A stretch of 64,000 nucleotides of DNA from Octopus bimaculoides (Eukaryota). The DNA lies in contig NC_068992.1 in assembly GCF_001194135.2 (NCBI RefSeq), positions 65,509,453 to 65,573,452 of the forward strand, in the 5' to 3' direction. Shown here piece by piece: positions 1-15,323 of the stretch. How positions within the stretch are numbered: the first letter of the stretch is position 1; each line of letters begins with the position of its first letter. The notes under the pieces were generated by a model. It was not told the DNA's origin. It was given only the letters and a program-made list of their open reading frames with translations, and did no database searches. The translations under genes and the position numbers were made by a program.

Positions 1-57
<57 letters not shown>

Positions 58-525
58 CACACGTAAATATCTATAAGCGTGCACATGATTAAATTGACGA
101 GATCTACATTTTTATTCAATACATAAGTATGTCAATATTCTTGTGTTCTTGCTTGTTTGTTTGCGTTCATCTACAAGTAGATGCACATAAAACAGAAGTA
201 GACACGTGTGCATATATTCCTTTATAAGTGTGGACGTGTTTCTGTCCTTGTTATGATGTGTGCGGGAAAAATATGGAGATGAATTTTCAATACATAGAAA
301 TATTTCTCTATATTTCAGTGTATCTATTCAGGATAGTATTACACGAATGTAGATATTATTGTACTGCACTGTACGGTCTTTTATTTTATATCATTCACAA
401 ATTCTTCGCAATCTATATACATATCTACATATGTATGTGTGTGTGTGTATCTATGTGCGTGCGTGTGAGTGTGTATGTGTATATATATATATATATTTAT
501 TTATTTATATTTATATACAGGTATG

Positions 526-562
<37 letters not shown>

Positions 563-1401
563 NNNNNNNNNNATATATATATATATATATAGATAGATAG
601 ATAGATACACGTCTTTACGTGCATACACAAATATGAAAAAAGAAGAATTTTATAAATTTATGGTTAACGACGCAACATATTTTTTTTTTACACAGTCGCT
701 GAAAAGAAATTTTAAATTTCATACTTGCGTGTATAACTGTGTATATCTGCGTATATCCGTGTATAACAATGATGTATATTTAATTTAAGTATATGTCTAC
801 ACCAGACCGTATAGAATATGAAAAAAAACACATCTTTTTTTTAATAATTCACATTGCATTTAAAATGGCGGCATCTGATCAAAACGTAGGCGTTTATTTT
901 GTCAGGCTTTATCACAGATATATTCTTCTATCAGTACACCATCAAATAGATTTACAATTCAACCGATTCTGCTATTATTACAATTGTTGTTGAAATTATA
1001 TTCATTCACTATTGTTTGTATTATTATTCTTTTAACATCCAGTTTTCGCTTTATTTACTAAGCTACTCCCTGTGGACCTTATCGTCAACGTAACGCAATT
1101 TCAAATATAAATTTCAATAAAAATGACTTATCTACGACATTTACCTTTATCGGGAACTTCGTGGTAGTGGCCATTTTGAAATATAGACGGTTGTTTTTAA
1201 ATAACTTTTTATTTTAAAACTTACATTTTGTATTTTTGAGTGTGTTTGTGTCCCTTTGTGTATGTATGTACATGTGTGTGTATGTGTGTGTGCTTGTGTA
1301 GATATACATGAATCGTGTATGAATGTACATTTTTAAGTGTATATAAATATGCACATATGCGCACGCACACACACACACATCCAAATATATTCAAGCATAT
1401 A

Positions 1402-1458
<57 letters not shown>

Positions 1459-1824
1459 TATAATATATATATATAAGTTTACAGCAGTTGATTTCTGGTA
1501 GAAGATTTACAGAAAATAGACATACACTTAGAGCTTAAAATTTCTGGTACAGAACTCGCTATTTCTTTTAGGATATTTGCATGAGAAGGTTTACAACCCC
1601 AAGGGAGAATTCAGTGGCTATTGTTGTATTGCAATCATTCGTGGATTTTTTTAATGACAGTAAATGGAATGAAAACCGGATACTTTTGTAGCTGAAGGCA
1701 TTAAACAATCTTTCAAAGAAAAACGAAAGGGCTCAGGAAATACAATTGAAATCTGCAAATATTTTGTAAACGGTATGCATACATACATACGTATATAATA
1801 CATACTTACATACATGAAAGCGCT

Positions 1825-1920
1825 TTGCTCAAGAAGACAGCGAGTCGCCCGGTCCAGGAACCGAAACCACAATCTTATGATCATGATGCTGACATTTTAA
1901 CCAATAATCCACGCGCCTCC
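1825..1920 (-). mobile_element. SINE family C head fragment
   Basis: Reverse complement reads GGCGCGTGGATTATTGGTT...GGTTTCGGTTCCTGGACCGGGCG...TTCTTGAGCAA, similar to the heads at 7241 and 37484. Confidence 0.6.
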
Positions 1921-2414
<494 letters not shown>

Positions 2415-2536
2415 GAATACATACATGTATCTTTAGCTATTAATATGAAATATTGATTATTTTTTCCAGATGAACACACACACACGCATGTAAGCGAAAA
2501 TTTGTGAGTGAACACTTGTGTGCATGAGTGCGCGAG

Positions 2537-2578
2537 CGTAGTGTGTACGAACGTAGTGTGTACGAACGTAGTGTGTAC
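2537..2578. repeat. 15-bp minisatellite, 2.8 copies
   Basis: CGTAGTGTGTACGAA twice, plus CGTAGTGTGTAC. Confidence 0.9.
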
Positions 2579-3612
2579 AGGCGTGTGTGGTGGGGCGTGA
2601 GTGTCTGTGTGTGTTTGTGTGTGTGTTTGTGCTTATGAACGTGTGTACTTACCAAAATATAGGCCAGTTTCAAGAAGAGTCCAATAACATACATTTCTAC
2701 AACAGTGTGTACTATATTCCTACATTTTCAATTACTTACCTGTATATACATACATACATCCATACATACATACATACATACATGCATATATATATATATA
2801 TANNNNNNNNNNNNNNNNNNNNNNNNNNNNNNNNNNNNNNNNNNNNNNNNNNNNNNNNNNNNNNNNNNNNNNNNNNNNNNNNNNNNNNNNNNNNNNNNNN
2901 NNNNNNNNNNNNNNNNNNNNNNNNNNNNNNNNNNNNNNNNNNNNNNNNNNNNNNNNNNNNNNNNNNNNNNNNNNNNNNNNNNNNNNNNNNNNNNNNNNNN
3001 NNNNNNNNNNNNNNNNNNNNNNNNNNNNNNNNNNNNNNNNNNNNNNNNNNNNNNNNNNNNNNNNNNNNNNNNNNNNNNNNNNNNNNNNNNNNNNNNNNNN
3101 NNNNNNNNNNNNNNNNNNNNNNNNNNNNNNNNNNNNNNNNNNNNNNNNNNNNNNNNNNNNNNNNNNNNNNNNNNNNNNNNNNNNNNNNNNNNNNNNNNNN
3201 NNNNNNNNNNNNNNNNNNNNNNNNNNNNNNNNNNNNNNNNNNNNNNNNNNNNNNNNNNNNNNNNNNNNNNNNNNNNNNNNNNNNNNNNNNNNNNNNNNNN
3301 NNNNNNNNNNNNNNNNNNNNNNNNNNNNNNNNNNNNNNNNNNNNNNNNNNNNNNNNNNNNNNNNNNNNNNNNNNNNNNNNNNNNNNNNNNNNNNNNNNNN
3401 NNNNNNNNNNNNNNNNNNNNNNNNNNNNNNNNNNNNNNNNNNNNNNNNNNNNNNNNNNNNNNNNNNNNNNNNNNNNNNNNNNNNNNNNNNNNNNNNNNNN
3501 NNNNNNNNNNNNNNNNNNNNNNNNNNNNNNNNNNNNNNNNNNNNNNNNNNNNNNNNNNNNNNNNNNNNNNNNNNNNNNNNNNNNNNNNNNNNNNNNNNNN
3601 NNNNNNNNNNNN

Positions 3613-3682
<70 letters not shown>

Positions 3683-6600
3683 ACACACATATGGATCGAT
3701 GGATGGATGTATATATGGATAGATGTTACATATATAGATATATACATGTTTATGTATATTATGTTAAGCATTATTATAATTTGTAGCTGCCCTGTGTCTT
3801 TGAGAATATACTCGGAGAATCATGAAGCACGTTGTTATTCGACTTATGACAATGACGTCACAAATTAACCAGCTGATGACAGCATTTACCATTTTAGGTG
3901 TAGCAATAATATTATATGATCCATTTCAGTATTCTTCCTCTGGATTATATATATATATATATATATNNNNNNNNNNNNNNNNNNNNNNNNNNNNNNNNNN
4001 NNNNNNNNNNNNNNNNNNNNNNNNNNNNNNNNNNNNNNNNNNNNNNNNNNNNNNNNNNNNNNNNNNNNNNNNNNNNNNNNNNNNNNNNNNNNNNNNNNNN
4101 NNNNNNNNNNNNNNNNNNNNNNNNNNNNNNNNNNNNNNNNNNNNNNNNNNNNNNNNNNNNNNNNNNNNNNNNNNNNNNNNNNNNNNNNNNNNNNNNNNNN
4201 NNNNNNNNNNNNNNNNNNNNNNNNNNNNNNNNNNNNNNNNNNNNNNNNNNNNNNNNNNNNNNNNNNNNNNNNNNNNNNNNNNNNNNNNNNNNNNNNNNNN
4301 NNNNNNNNNNNNNNNNNNNNNNNNNNNNNNNNNNNNNNNNNNNNNNNNNNNNNNNNNNNNNNNNNNNNNNNNNNNNNNNNNNNNNNNNNNNNNNNNNNNN
4401 NNNNNNNNNNNNNNNNNNNNNNNNNNNNNNNNNNNNNNNNNNNNNNNNNNNNNNNNNNNNNNNNNNNNNATATATATATATATATATATACGTATATATT
4501 TATATATGTACATATGTATAAAGATATACATACATATGTATATATGTACAAAAATACATACATGTCTATATACATATATTCTCATATATTTATGGCAATA
4601 ACCATTGTATTTCCTTCTGTGTATTAATATGAATGAAGACATTCTCCAAATGTTTAAAATATATATGGCTAGCATATTCCTCGTTGACAATTCTCTGACA
4701 AGCTTATAGAGACTTTTTGCCTATACTTGAATGATATTGTTTATAGATCTATATTGGTTTTTTAATGCATTTTGTGTATATAGATATTGTCATGTGCATA
4801 TTCTAAATATTTTAAGCCATTTCTGTTGAAAATTGAGTTACAATTCTCTAAGTTAGTGGTGTAGAAAAAGTGTTTGAGACATGGAGATGGTTGTAACAAC
4901 GTCAGAGTTGCTACATAGAGGATCCTCGATGACGAACAAAAGAAACCTTTTGCGCTCGAAGAAGTGTTATTGTTTTTCAGAATGTATTTGCATTTTTACT
5001 TCCTAGTCAATAGTTGAGATGAATGCTTGTCTCAAACGTCATTACTCTATCGTTGGTCAAAAAGTGTCTTAAGGGGGTTAATACTGACAATTAATCACAG
5101 GGTTGGTAAATTAATTTGTTCCCGCTTTCGCTTATCCATCCATACATACATACATACATGCATGCATCAGTTTATAGGTTAGATGCCGGCAATGATGGTT
5201 GTGTCGCATGTATAAATGTATAACGCAGTTGAAAGTGCACTTGGAGTTTTATGAGAATCTTTTTGCATTAATTTATCTCGTATAACTTCATGATATGTTT
5301 TTAAAAAATAGAATGTGATGGAACGAACTTGTGCAATTTTCTCGATCCTCACGGGTGTTTGAAAATCTATTCCATTCCGAGTAGATATTATCGATCAACT
5401 TCTTATAAAGATTTTGATTATTTTGGCGATCATTATAAAATTAGACAAGGATGTACTATATTCAGAAACAAGATGGAATGGACACGATTTAAAAGTCTAT
5501 TGTCATAATTCTGCCTGATGTAGAGACTAAATTTCCCTTGCATCAAATCTTATGACTTTAAAAGAAATTTCCATTGACTGATGAACCAATATCCAAAGGA
5601 ACCTTTGAAACGGTTACGGCCCAAGTATTACTCAAGTTAAACCTGATAAAATACCACTGACCTCGGATTAAGCAAACAATAATAATAACTGCGGAAGTAC
5701 CAACTAAAACAGAATCCTATATCTGAGCCGCCAAAGCACATTATTCCAAGAAATATATTTAAGTGCGCGTTTAGCATTTGACTGAAAGAATTTATAAGCC
5801 ATTTGTTTATATTATTTAACTTTGTATTTATAGTTGCACCATTGCATCACGAAAATCAATTGATTAAATAACATCCATATTTACAAAAAACGTTGAATTT
5901 GGTATCCGCGCTGATTGTAACTAATTTTCAAAATAACATGCCCGAACCAGATTTTCTATTAAATAGATTGCACAACGCTTCTTGTTTTGGACTACATTGC
6001 TTTCCATAATGTATTTCTAACTACATTTTTTTCATCTCACAACTAAACTCAATTATATTTAGTTCTAAGTGCCTTCACCAGCAACTTGTTTTTTTATCTA
6101 TTTATTCTTTTTCTATCTCTCCTATCTCTTCTATTATATAATTTCTCTCTGTTTCCATTTACGTTCCCAGCTCACCACTTCCTGTTTCCGACTACTGATG
6201 AATCTTTAAGTTTCCAGATCAGCTTGTGAGCACACGTATCCTTCTCCTCTCCGGCATTTGCTTACAAAACATCGTCCAACTATTCTACATATATATCTAC
6301 TACGATGCGGTACTTCAGACTCGATTACTATGCCTTGTTTTGTTGTGCATTTTATTTTCCTCATATGTTATTGATATCACATTCATAAAAGCAAAAGACA
6401 TTTATGATTTCCAACGCTTTTATCTCTTTTTTTCTCTCTCCTGTTAATATTCTTTGTTTCATTTGCCCCGCTCGCTAACACAGAACTATAAGCTCCTCTT
6501 GGTTTGGGTTCCCATTTTAATTACCTAAAAACCAACTCCAATAAACACAGACAAGTATGCACACACACACGTAAGTGTGTGTGTCTGTGTGTATGTGTGT

Positions 6601-7240
6601 GTATATGTGTATGTGTGTGTGTGTGTGTGTGTGTGCATACATGTCTTTATCATTTACTTGTTGCAATCATTGGACAACATATACAAGAGATACTTTCATT
6701 TATCGTAATCATCATCATCCTTTTTTTGTGTTCGTTTATTAGAAATGCCTTCAGAACGCCAGGTATATATCATTCAAAGCAAAAATTCGAACTGCAATAA
6801 TAATTTATAAACATTATTAAAGTTCCGCCCACAATAAAAAAAAAAGTTGTTAAAGATAAAGCATTAAGATAAAATTGATGCATTTCTTTTGTGTTTATGT
6901 TGTTAAATAGTAATTACTGTGCTCAAACATATAATTACCATATCACAGATTAATGAGGATTTTCTATTTTCATCAATCCAATCTTATCTACTTAAGTATA
7001 TTCTAAATTAACGACGTTTTAATCTAATGCTATTCTGCAGGCGCAAGTAAACCTCTGGAAAAATGGAGAACGTTCCGTATTTGAAGGGAAAATACGAATT
7101 GCTGCTATTTTACGCACTCCATGGATGCGACCAAGATCCTTGTAGGGAATTGGTTGTGCAAAAATGTGGTGCAGTTTATATGAAGCAGTGGGAGAATCCC
7201 ATGTTACTGGTATTGAATTAGCATGTAGAAAATAACGTTT

Positions 7241-7455
7241 AGGGCGCGTGGCTTACAGGCGTAAGGTCGTACGTTCGATACGCAGCGGTGCACGGTGTAC
7301 TGAGCAACACACTTTATTTCACTCCAGTCTACTCATGCGGCAAAAATTACTGGTATCTGTAATTCACACTGAATCTCTTTGAGAAATACGTCAAGGGTTC
7401 GTGTGTCTGTGGAGTTCTCAGTCACTTACACGTTAATCTCACGAGCAAGCTGTTC
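7241..7455 (+). mobile_element. SINE family C-like element
   Basis: GGCGCGTGGCTTA head, GTTCGATAC B-box-like motif, CACTTTATTTCACTCCAGTCTACTCA core. Its tail GTGGAGTTCTCAGTCACTTACACGTTAAT...TTGATCAGATCAACTG also occurs, degraded, at 51872-51945. Confidence 0.6.
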
Positions 7456-10413
7456 CATTGATCAGATCAACTGGTGCACTCATTTTTTTTTGTTGTTTTT
7501 TTTTACTATAATTGAGCCAACGCTGCAGTTATTCCGTCTCTGTGCTTTAAAGACATGCAACTCGACATTCATAGTCAACATCGTTAATGCATCTGCTATG
7601 AAGCCATGAACTGGTTAATAGATATATTCCAGTGTTAAGTCATATGTCGAAGTTGTTATATAAACTAATCCGGAGTGAACGCATTGCTGTATGTTATTGA
7701 ATTAGTTTCTGTTTCTAAGTACTCTAGTATTGATTTGCTTATAATTAAATTGATAAACCTCTGATGGGTACGATACGAACGCTACTTTACGTCTGCCTGG
7801 TAGCATCACATTTGTCGATTGATCTAATGATTGTTACAGAGTACTTGCTTGTTAGTTATCCAACTTAGAAATTTATATCGTAGTATAGTGTCAGAGAAGG
7901 AATCAGAACGTTCTAACACGATATTAGGGATGGATACCTTGAACGTTACTCACCCGTTCGAGCGGTTTTCGCTGGTTTTGGAAAATGTAGTGCTTTAAGA
8001 TTCAGTAAAAAAAAAAAAAATTAAATAAATAATTGTCTGTTAATGAAAAAAACTATGTGACTTACGAGAGCTAACGAGTAGGTTCAACGTGGTCGCTTGA
8101 CCTGCTAGAAATAGCGGTCGAATATTCCACAAATTACACTGAACTGTCTAGAAAAATGGGAAATGTGAGTCTGAAAGAACTTAAAGCACATATGGTAATA
8201 ATACAATGTAGCAGGAAGTCACCAATTTCGGAGAAGAGAAATGGTTGACGCGGTGCTAGTTAGTCTAATGAAGAATAAGATGAACCAAATTGGCATAACA
8301 CAGATTATTCCAGGTTAAAACATCGAAGCCTAGACTGCTCAAAACGTTTAACACGTGATAACCAGCAGAAGCCAAGAAAATAATGTTTTCTGTAATATGT
8401 ATATGGTGTTATATTTAAATAAATTGTTATGCACAAAAGTAACTGAAGTTCCAGGGATGTCCCTTCATTTCAGAGGGTGGAAATTATTTTTTAGTAATAT
8501 ATATATATATANNNNNNNNNNNNNNNNNNNNNNNNNNNNNNNNNNNNNNNNNNNNNNNNNNNNNNNNNNNNNNNNNNNNNNNNNNNNNNNNNNNNNNNNN
8601 NNNNNNNNNNNNNNNNNNNNNNNNNNNNNNNNNNNNNNNNNNNNNNNNNNNNNNNNNNNNNNNNNNNNNNNNNNNNNNNNNNNNNNNNNNNNNNNNNNNN
8701 NNNNNNNNNNNNNNNNNNNNNNNNNNNNNNNNNNNNNNNNNNNNNNNNNNNNNNNNNNNNNNNNNNNNNNNNNNNNNNNNNNNNNNNNNNNNNNNNNNNN
8801 NNNNNNNNNNNNNNNNNNNNNNNNNNNNNNNNNNNNNNNNNNNNNNNNNNNNNNNNNNNNNNNNNNNNNNNNNNNNNNNNNNNNNNNNNNNNNNNNNNNN
8901 NNNNNNNNNNNNNNNNNNNNNNNNNNNNNNNNNNNNNNNNNNNNNNNNNNNNNNNNNNNNNNNNNNNNNNNNNNNNNNNNNNNNNNNNNNNNNNNNNNNN
9001 NNNNNNNNNNNNNNNNNNNNNNNNNNNNNNNNNNNNNNNNNNNNNNNNNNNNNNNNNNNNNNNNNNNNNNNNNNNNNNNNNNNNNNNNNNNNNNNNNNNN
9101 NNNNNNNNNNNNNNNNNNNNNNNNNNNNNNNNNNNNNNNNNNNNNNNNNNNNNNNNNNNNNNNNNNNNNNNNNNNNNNNNNNNNNNNNNNNATATATATG
9201 TATATGCATACTTGTTTGTGCACATTTATGTAAGATTTAGATTAAATCTTGACGCAAATTAACCTCGGTATATCTCTGCTTCCTTACTCATACAATTACA
9301 TACACAGACACCACACGCAAAATGCGTGTATGTACATATAATCATTAGATCGACTAAACTATAACTCAAGAGACTTCTCGATGCATTATAGATGTTGAGT
9401 CAATAAACCATTTAGTAACCAGATGATTTTCTGCAATAGTACACTTGTTTCAATTAATTACCCACATTAGCCATTCCACAGAACGGAACGGTTGGACATA
9501 TGATGGCCTTCTCGTGTCCGTTGGCCATTTCATCTTCGTGCTTTATTACGACAAGGAGATAAATCTGGTCGTTTGAAAAAGCAGCCAATACACTTTCAAA
9601 TCAGACTGTAATATAAATGTACATATTAAAGATTGTTGTATATCAGTTTGGTTTTCAATAGAATAGTATTGATCATAGATGGACCTGATCAGGGATAGCG
9701 AAAGGGTAAACAACAACATGAATGCGGTGACAGTATCCGAGTGACTTTATCTAAACTTTTGTGGCATTGTCTTCTTTGTGTATCAAAGCAGAAACAATTC
9801 CTTTATTTAATGTTTTAAACCATCTCATGTTTATTCAGATACGAATCTGTAATAATAATAATAATAATGCCAATAGCTCTGATCATGTCAATGTACAGTT
9901 GTGTATCTGTCTAAATCGCGTTATTTGTTTTCAAACCAAACACAGGACCGTGACATTAAGTAGTAGTCCTCAGGGCCAAGAGTATTGCGGTTCGTTCTTA
10001 ATATCCATATCTGTATATACCAATATATCCAAAACAATATTTGTGTCTCTATATTCTACAAATTCTCCAATGTTCTCTGCGAATATATCTCTTCAAAGAA
10101 ATACTTTGGTGGTCGACATATTTCAAAGTAGATTAAATTAGTTACCTGCAGATATCAAATATACTAACGTAGATTGAATGTGAATATGTCGCTGATACAG
10201 AACATAATGGCTATTGCTTCATCCTATTCAAGTTAGAAACTAAAGTCGAAAGAACAAATTCCTGTCGATTCGTAAAATCACTAAAACTTCTAAAACCATT
10301 CTTTGTGGTATTGAACTAAAACTTTTTATTTAATTTGTTGCTTTTTGTCAATTTAATTTTTAGACATTGAATTCAAATCCCACCGAGATCAAGTCTGTCT
10401 TTTACCACTTCAA

Positions 10414-10620
10414 AAGGCAACAAACTGGAAAAAATTGTTAACTCCTAAGACGAAAGTGCTTCCTAGAATTTTTTCCGGCCCTTTGCGTTGTAAGTTCAAA
10501 TTCCGCTGTGGTCGTCTTTCCCTTTCATCAATGAAATATGAACCAGTTGAACACTGGGTCGATATAATCGTATTATCCTCTCTTCGAAATTGCTGGCCTT
10601 GTGCCTAAATATGAATCCTT
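10414..10620 (+). mobile_element. SINE family A (tRNA-like head, (ATT)n tail)
   Basis: GTTCAAATTCCGC B-box-like motif, core CCAGTTGAACACTGGGTCGATATAATCG, 3' end GGCCTTGTGCCTAAATATGAA, then (TTA)n. Matches the other copies in the window. Confidence 0.8.
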
Positions 10621-10646
10621 TATTATTATTATTATCATCATCATCA

Positions 10647-10689
<43 letters not shown>

Positions 10690-10691
10690 CA

Positions 10692-10740
<49 letters not shown>

Positions 10741-10751
10741 CATCATCATCA

Positions 10752-10823
<72 letters not shown>

Positions 10824-10828
10824 ATCAT
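10619..10828. repeat. (TTA)n/(TCA)n microsatellite shared by a SINE tail and a Dong-like tail
   Basis: Directly visible, about 210 bp. Confidence 0.95.
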
Positions 10829-11014
10829 TGCTTTTGCACAGCTTCTAACGCTGGAGGTGCACTACAGTGTCAGCTGTTCACTACCAGTGAACTAAGGTAA
10901 CACCCCTTATTTTTTGAGCACCATCCGGTGTATTCGAGCGGTTCCAAGCAGTGCTGTTTTCTGCAAGTGCCCCACCCTTATTGTAGCCCCTATTTGTTCC
11001 ATTAACTTCTCCAG
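10829..11014 (-). mobile_element. R4/Dong-clade non-LTR retrotransposon, 5'-truncated 3' end (3'UTR type B)
   Basis: Minus strand reads LEKLMEQIGATIRVGHLQKTALLGTARIHRMVLKK* (stop 10909-10907), the typical C-terminus of RLE-type ORFs. The 3'UTR is near-identical to 18964-19040. Flanked on both sides by (ATT)n. Confidence 0.8.
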
Positions 11015-11045
11015 ATATCATTATTATTATCATTATTATCATCAT

Positions 11046-11945
11046 TGTTTCATACGATTTATGCCAGTTTATCCATGGCTTCTATGTATGCAGAAACCTA
11101 AGTCTTCTAAAAGCGTACAAATATGTTTTTATACGGCAACGGCATCGGTTTTACTTAACTGTGGACCTTTTGTGTTGTGGTGGCAGCGTCGTGTATGTTG
11201 CGCAATGATTGCATAACGTGACTTATCTTAGTTTTGGAGGGTGGCCGGTCCATTAGCATTCTTGCTTCATGTGTGTGCTCTCTCATTCATATTATGTGTT
11301 TTCGTGTCAGCTCATGATTATGTGAAGCATATCCTGTGTGAATTCCATGAGATTTTATTATAACATCGGCTTATGTAAGAGTATTATTGTGGTCTCTAAC
11401 TGGTTGGCCATTCCGTGGAATGTCAGTGTTTTGCAGTTGTATAGAGCGAAGTCACGTGCTCCATACAGTATCCACGTGGTATTTCTTTTTGGTGGTTATT
11501 GTACAAAGCGTTTCGTTCTCGCACGGAGCGTACTGTCTCCTGAGCTGTGCTTTCAAATTGAAAATGTCACGTTTATTTTGTGACGTTGAACCAAGAAAGG
11601 TTATAATTTGGACTGAGCGTAAAATAAAGAACCCCAGTATGGTTTCCTAGGCTTATATTTGTACGTCTTATTATATCTGATGTTCCTATTATTAAAGACA
11701 TTTTTGTTTTGCACTTCATTATACCAGAATTCTGCTTCTTTCAATTTCCAATTGCAACTTCTTTGACAGTTCTTTTAAACTTCTCAGTTGCAATCGTTTC
11801 AATGTCGAAATATTTCTGTCCATAAATAATGTTTCGTTTCAGTCCATTACAATTTCCAGGAAAGACTGCCTTAATCTTCTTGTCAGTCCGGACAGGCATA
11901 TCCGAGATGATCTTGGCCGTGTTTAATGCATTTCTCATCAGTTTT
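11046..11945 (-). mobile_element. Degraded R4/Dong-like RLE region, possibly with long 3'UTR
   Basis: Minus strand at about 11930-11640 gives AKIISDMPVRTDKKIKA, then (frameshifted) LSKKLQLEIE and MKCKTKMSLIIGT, resembling the ILWD-x-P-x-x-TD..PD / KY-x-DLEIE / IIG motifs. Both ends abut ATT/ATC tracts. Extent of the 3' part is inferred. Confidence 0.45.
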
Positions 11946-11976
11946 ATCATCATCATGATCCTCATCATCATCACCA

Positions 11977-12025
<49 letters not shown>

Positions 12026-12115
12026 CATCATCATCAGTAGTAGTAATAGTAGTAGTAGTAGTAGTAAGCGAAATATATAGCAGTAATAACGTCTGTATAT
12101 ATCTGTATATATGTA

Positions 12116-12195
<80 letters not shown>
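11945..12195. repeat. Compound microsatellite (ATC)/(ATT)/(AGT)/(GT)
   Basis: Directly visible. Confidence 0.95.
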
Positions 12196-12198
<3 letters not shown>

Positions 12199-12795
12199 AT
12201 ATGTGTATAGAGTGTTAGGTCTGATGTACATATATGTGTGCAGACAGGGAGGAAGAAGGATCGATGAATAAAAGCTTATGTAGGTAGGTACGTAGGTTAT
12301 TTTAGAAGTATTTTCATTAGAAATGTCTCCCTTACTACAACTTCTACAAAAGAGAAACTGCTACTAATAAAACTATAGCTAAAACTACTACTCTTTACTC
12401 GTCCTGCCCCCGACCTTCCTCCACCTCCCTCACTTTCTCTAACTACTACTACTGCTGCTACTCTTACGACTACTACTACTACCACCACAGGTACTACGAC
12501 CATTACTATTATGTATAACCGCGTGTGTCTGCGCCAGTTTGGATGAGCCAAACTGGATCATCGTGTAGAGAGACAGAGTAAAACAGATTTAATCCTATTA
12601 TACTATAGTTATGAATTAACATGCTTACAAGTGTGTGGAGTCAGTGAAGAATCAGATTGTATGATTTGTGAGCTTAAAAAAGAAACTTTCCGATATATAC
12701 ATACATATATATAGACATATATATATATCACTTTTTCTCACTCATGCGCTCGCTTGCCTATGCATAATATAGATATATATCTATATCTATATATA

Positions 12796-12847
<52 letters not shown>

Positions 12848-13044
12848 TATATGTGTGTGTGTGTATATATATATATTTATATATATATGTATGTAAATAT
12901 AAGAATATAGGAGTGTGTGGGGAGTGTACAATTAAAGAAGTGTAGTACAGATATCAATGGAAACTCATCGATGTCAATAAGAATATACGTAAACAAAAAC
13001 TGGTTTGGAGCTCCAGCACCAAACTTAAGATACAAATGCAGGAA

Positions 13045-13132
<88 letters not shown>

Positions 13133-13175
13133 AAATATATGTATTTATATTTATATGTGTGTGTGTGTGTGTGTA

Positions 13176-13231
<56 letters not shown>

Positions 13232-13845
13232 AGTATGTATATTTGTAAATATATGTATTTTTATATATATAAGATGGTGAAAGATTCCCATTTCTAGTGC
13301 TTCTATTTAAAAACACTCTATCTTGGTTCTGGTTATGCATTATATCCTTGTTGTTCTTAAGGCACTACGATATGATGTACAGGATAATTAATAGCTATTC
13401 CTCAGGGATCACCTTTCTATATCATATTTCATTAATTATTTCTTTATTACTATGATCTTGTCTTCGACGTCGCCTAGAACCATATCTAAAATACATCCCA
13501 TAATTTTTACAGCTTTTTTGCACAAGTTTATATATTGTGGATTGGAAACACCTGTGTTGAGTGCAGCCTAAATGCCAGATATGAAATACTCCAGTCTACG
13601 AACCACTATTTATTTATTTATTTATTTATTTATTTATTTTCGCACAATTCTAAACACAACAGCGTCCTGAAATTATATTTTATCCCACGAGAATAACTCT
13701 TTTTCCGTGAAGAACAGAGTTTCTTATCTCTACAGAAATTAACATCTGCTTCCTAAGGATAGATATTTCAGTAGACATGGAAATCTTAATAAAAACTATC
13801 TCAAAGGAAAAGAGCAGCATACACACCATTGGTGCACAAAAGTTA

Positions 13846-13903
<58 letters not shown>

Positions 13904-14778
13904 ATGTGTAACGAAATAGTTAATATGAACCATTGGTTTCATGTGAACTAGACATTTCTTAAGTTTTTCTAAACGATAACCGTTCTCTGCAAAGATGTTT
14001 TTTTAAATACCAGAACGCTGGTCACAGTTCAAGAAATATTCCTCTTAAAAAATTATGGTCGAGCGAGTTGTCTTCCTTCGATATATATATATGTATACAC
14101 ACACATACTCATATGCGTATGTGTGTATATATATTTGTGTATGTAAAATGGCTGAAATGTCAATAGATGTTGAGGGAATATTTAACGCAAAATCAAAGAT
14201 TTAAAGAGAGAAATGCCCCAAGGTGTCACGTACGAAGTAAAAACTCAGTTTTAGTTTTGCATGTATAAATGCATAAAGTTAATAGCAAAGTACTGTAAGC
14301 TGGAAACTAAACCAAACGCCTCTCATACATTCTAATAACAAGAATACATTCTGTTTCCATTGAGAATGACAATTATTGCATCTTTTAATATATGTACCAT
14401 TAGTACGTTCTACAACTTAATTTAAATTGAAAAATATAATCAGAGAATTGGACGTGATCCCCAAAATATTCAGAGTATGTTAATACAAAAAATAATTTAA
14501 AGATAAATAATCAGGAATTCTACAAGATAACTGCATGTTTGCAGCTTGGAAATGTGAGGCGGGTAATTGGGGGGAAAAATTGTTGGAAACTATTCTAGAA
14601 TAATTGAAGAAAAGATATTCTGCAGTTGTAAACATGATGTTCGTAAATCTATAACGAGATCTCAAAGATTAAACAGACACGAGATATTTACTGCAAAAGG
14701 GTTCTTTTGATAGAAACTGAAATGAGGAGGTGACTGTTGTGCATATATAAATATGTGTGTGTGTGTGTGTGTAAATGA

Positions 14779-14811
<33 letters not shown>

Positions 14812-14911
14812 TATATGTATGTATTATTAACTAGTGGAAACAACATAAACGACATGAAGAGCAACAATAACGGAGAACACAATAGTGGGGACTTAGTTAA
14901 CGAGCAGGGAG

Positions 14912-14963
<52 letters not shown>

Positions 14964-15150
14964 GAGCGTCAACAACAAAATATTTAAAACTATAAGAGAG
15001 AGAGGTATGTATTCTTGTCTTGTTGCTGCTAAAATACAAAACAAAAACCAACATTGAACACCATCCCTTAACAATTAACACGTATAGTCATTTCAAATTA
15101 CATATGTGTGTGCATACGTGTGTGTTTGTTTGTATATTGATATGTTTATG

Positions 15151-15223
<73 letters not shown>

Positions 15224-15284
15224 GATTGTGTGTGCGTATATATATTATATATATATATATATGCGCACGCGCGTGTATCAGAAC

Positions 15285-15323
<39 letters not shown>

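Noticed and set aside
855-1185. Inverted AAAATGGCGGC / GGCCATTTTGAA motifs suggesting an old DNA transposon
   Set aside because: No terminal inverted repeats or TSD could be defined.
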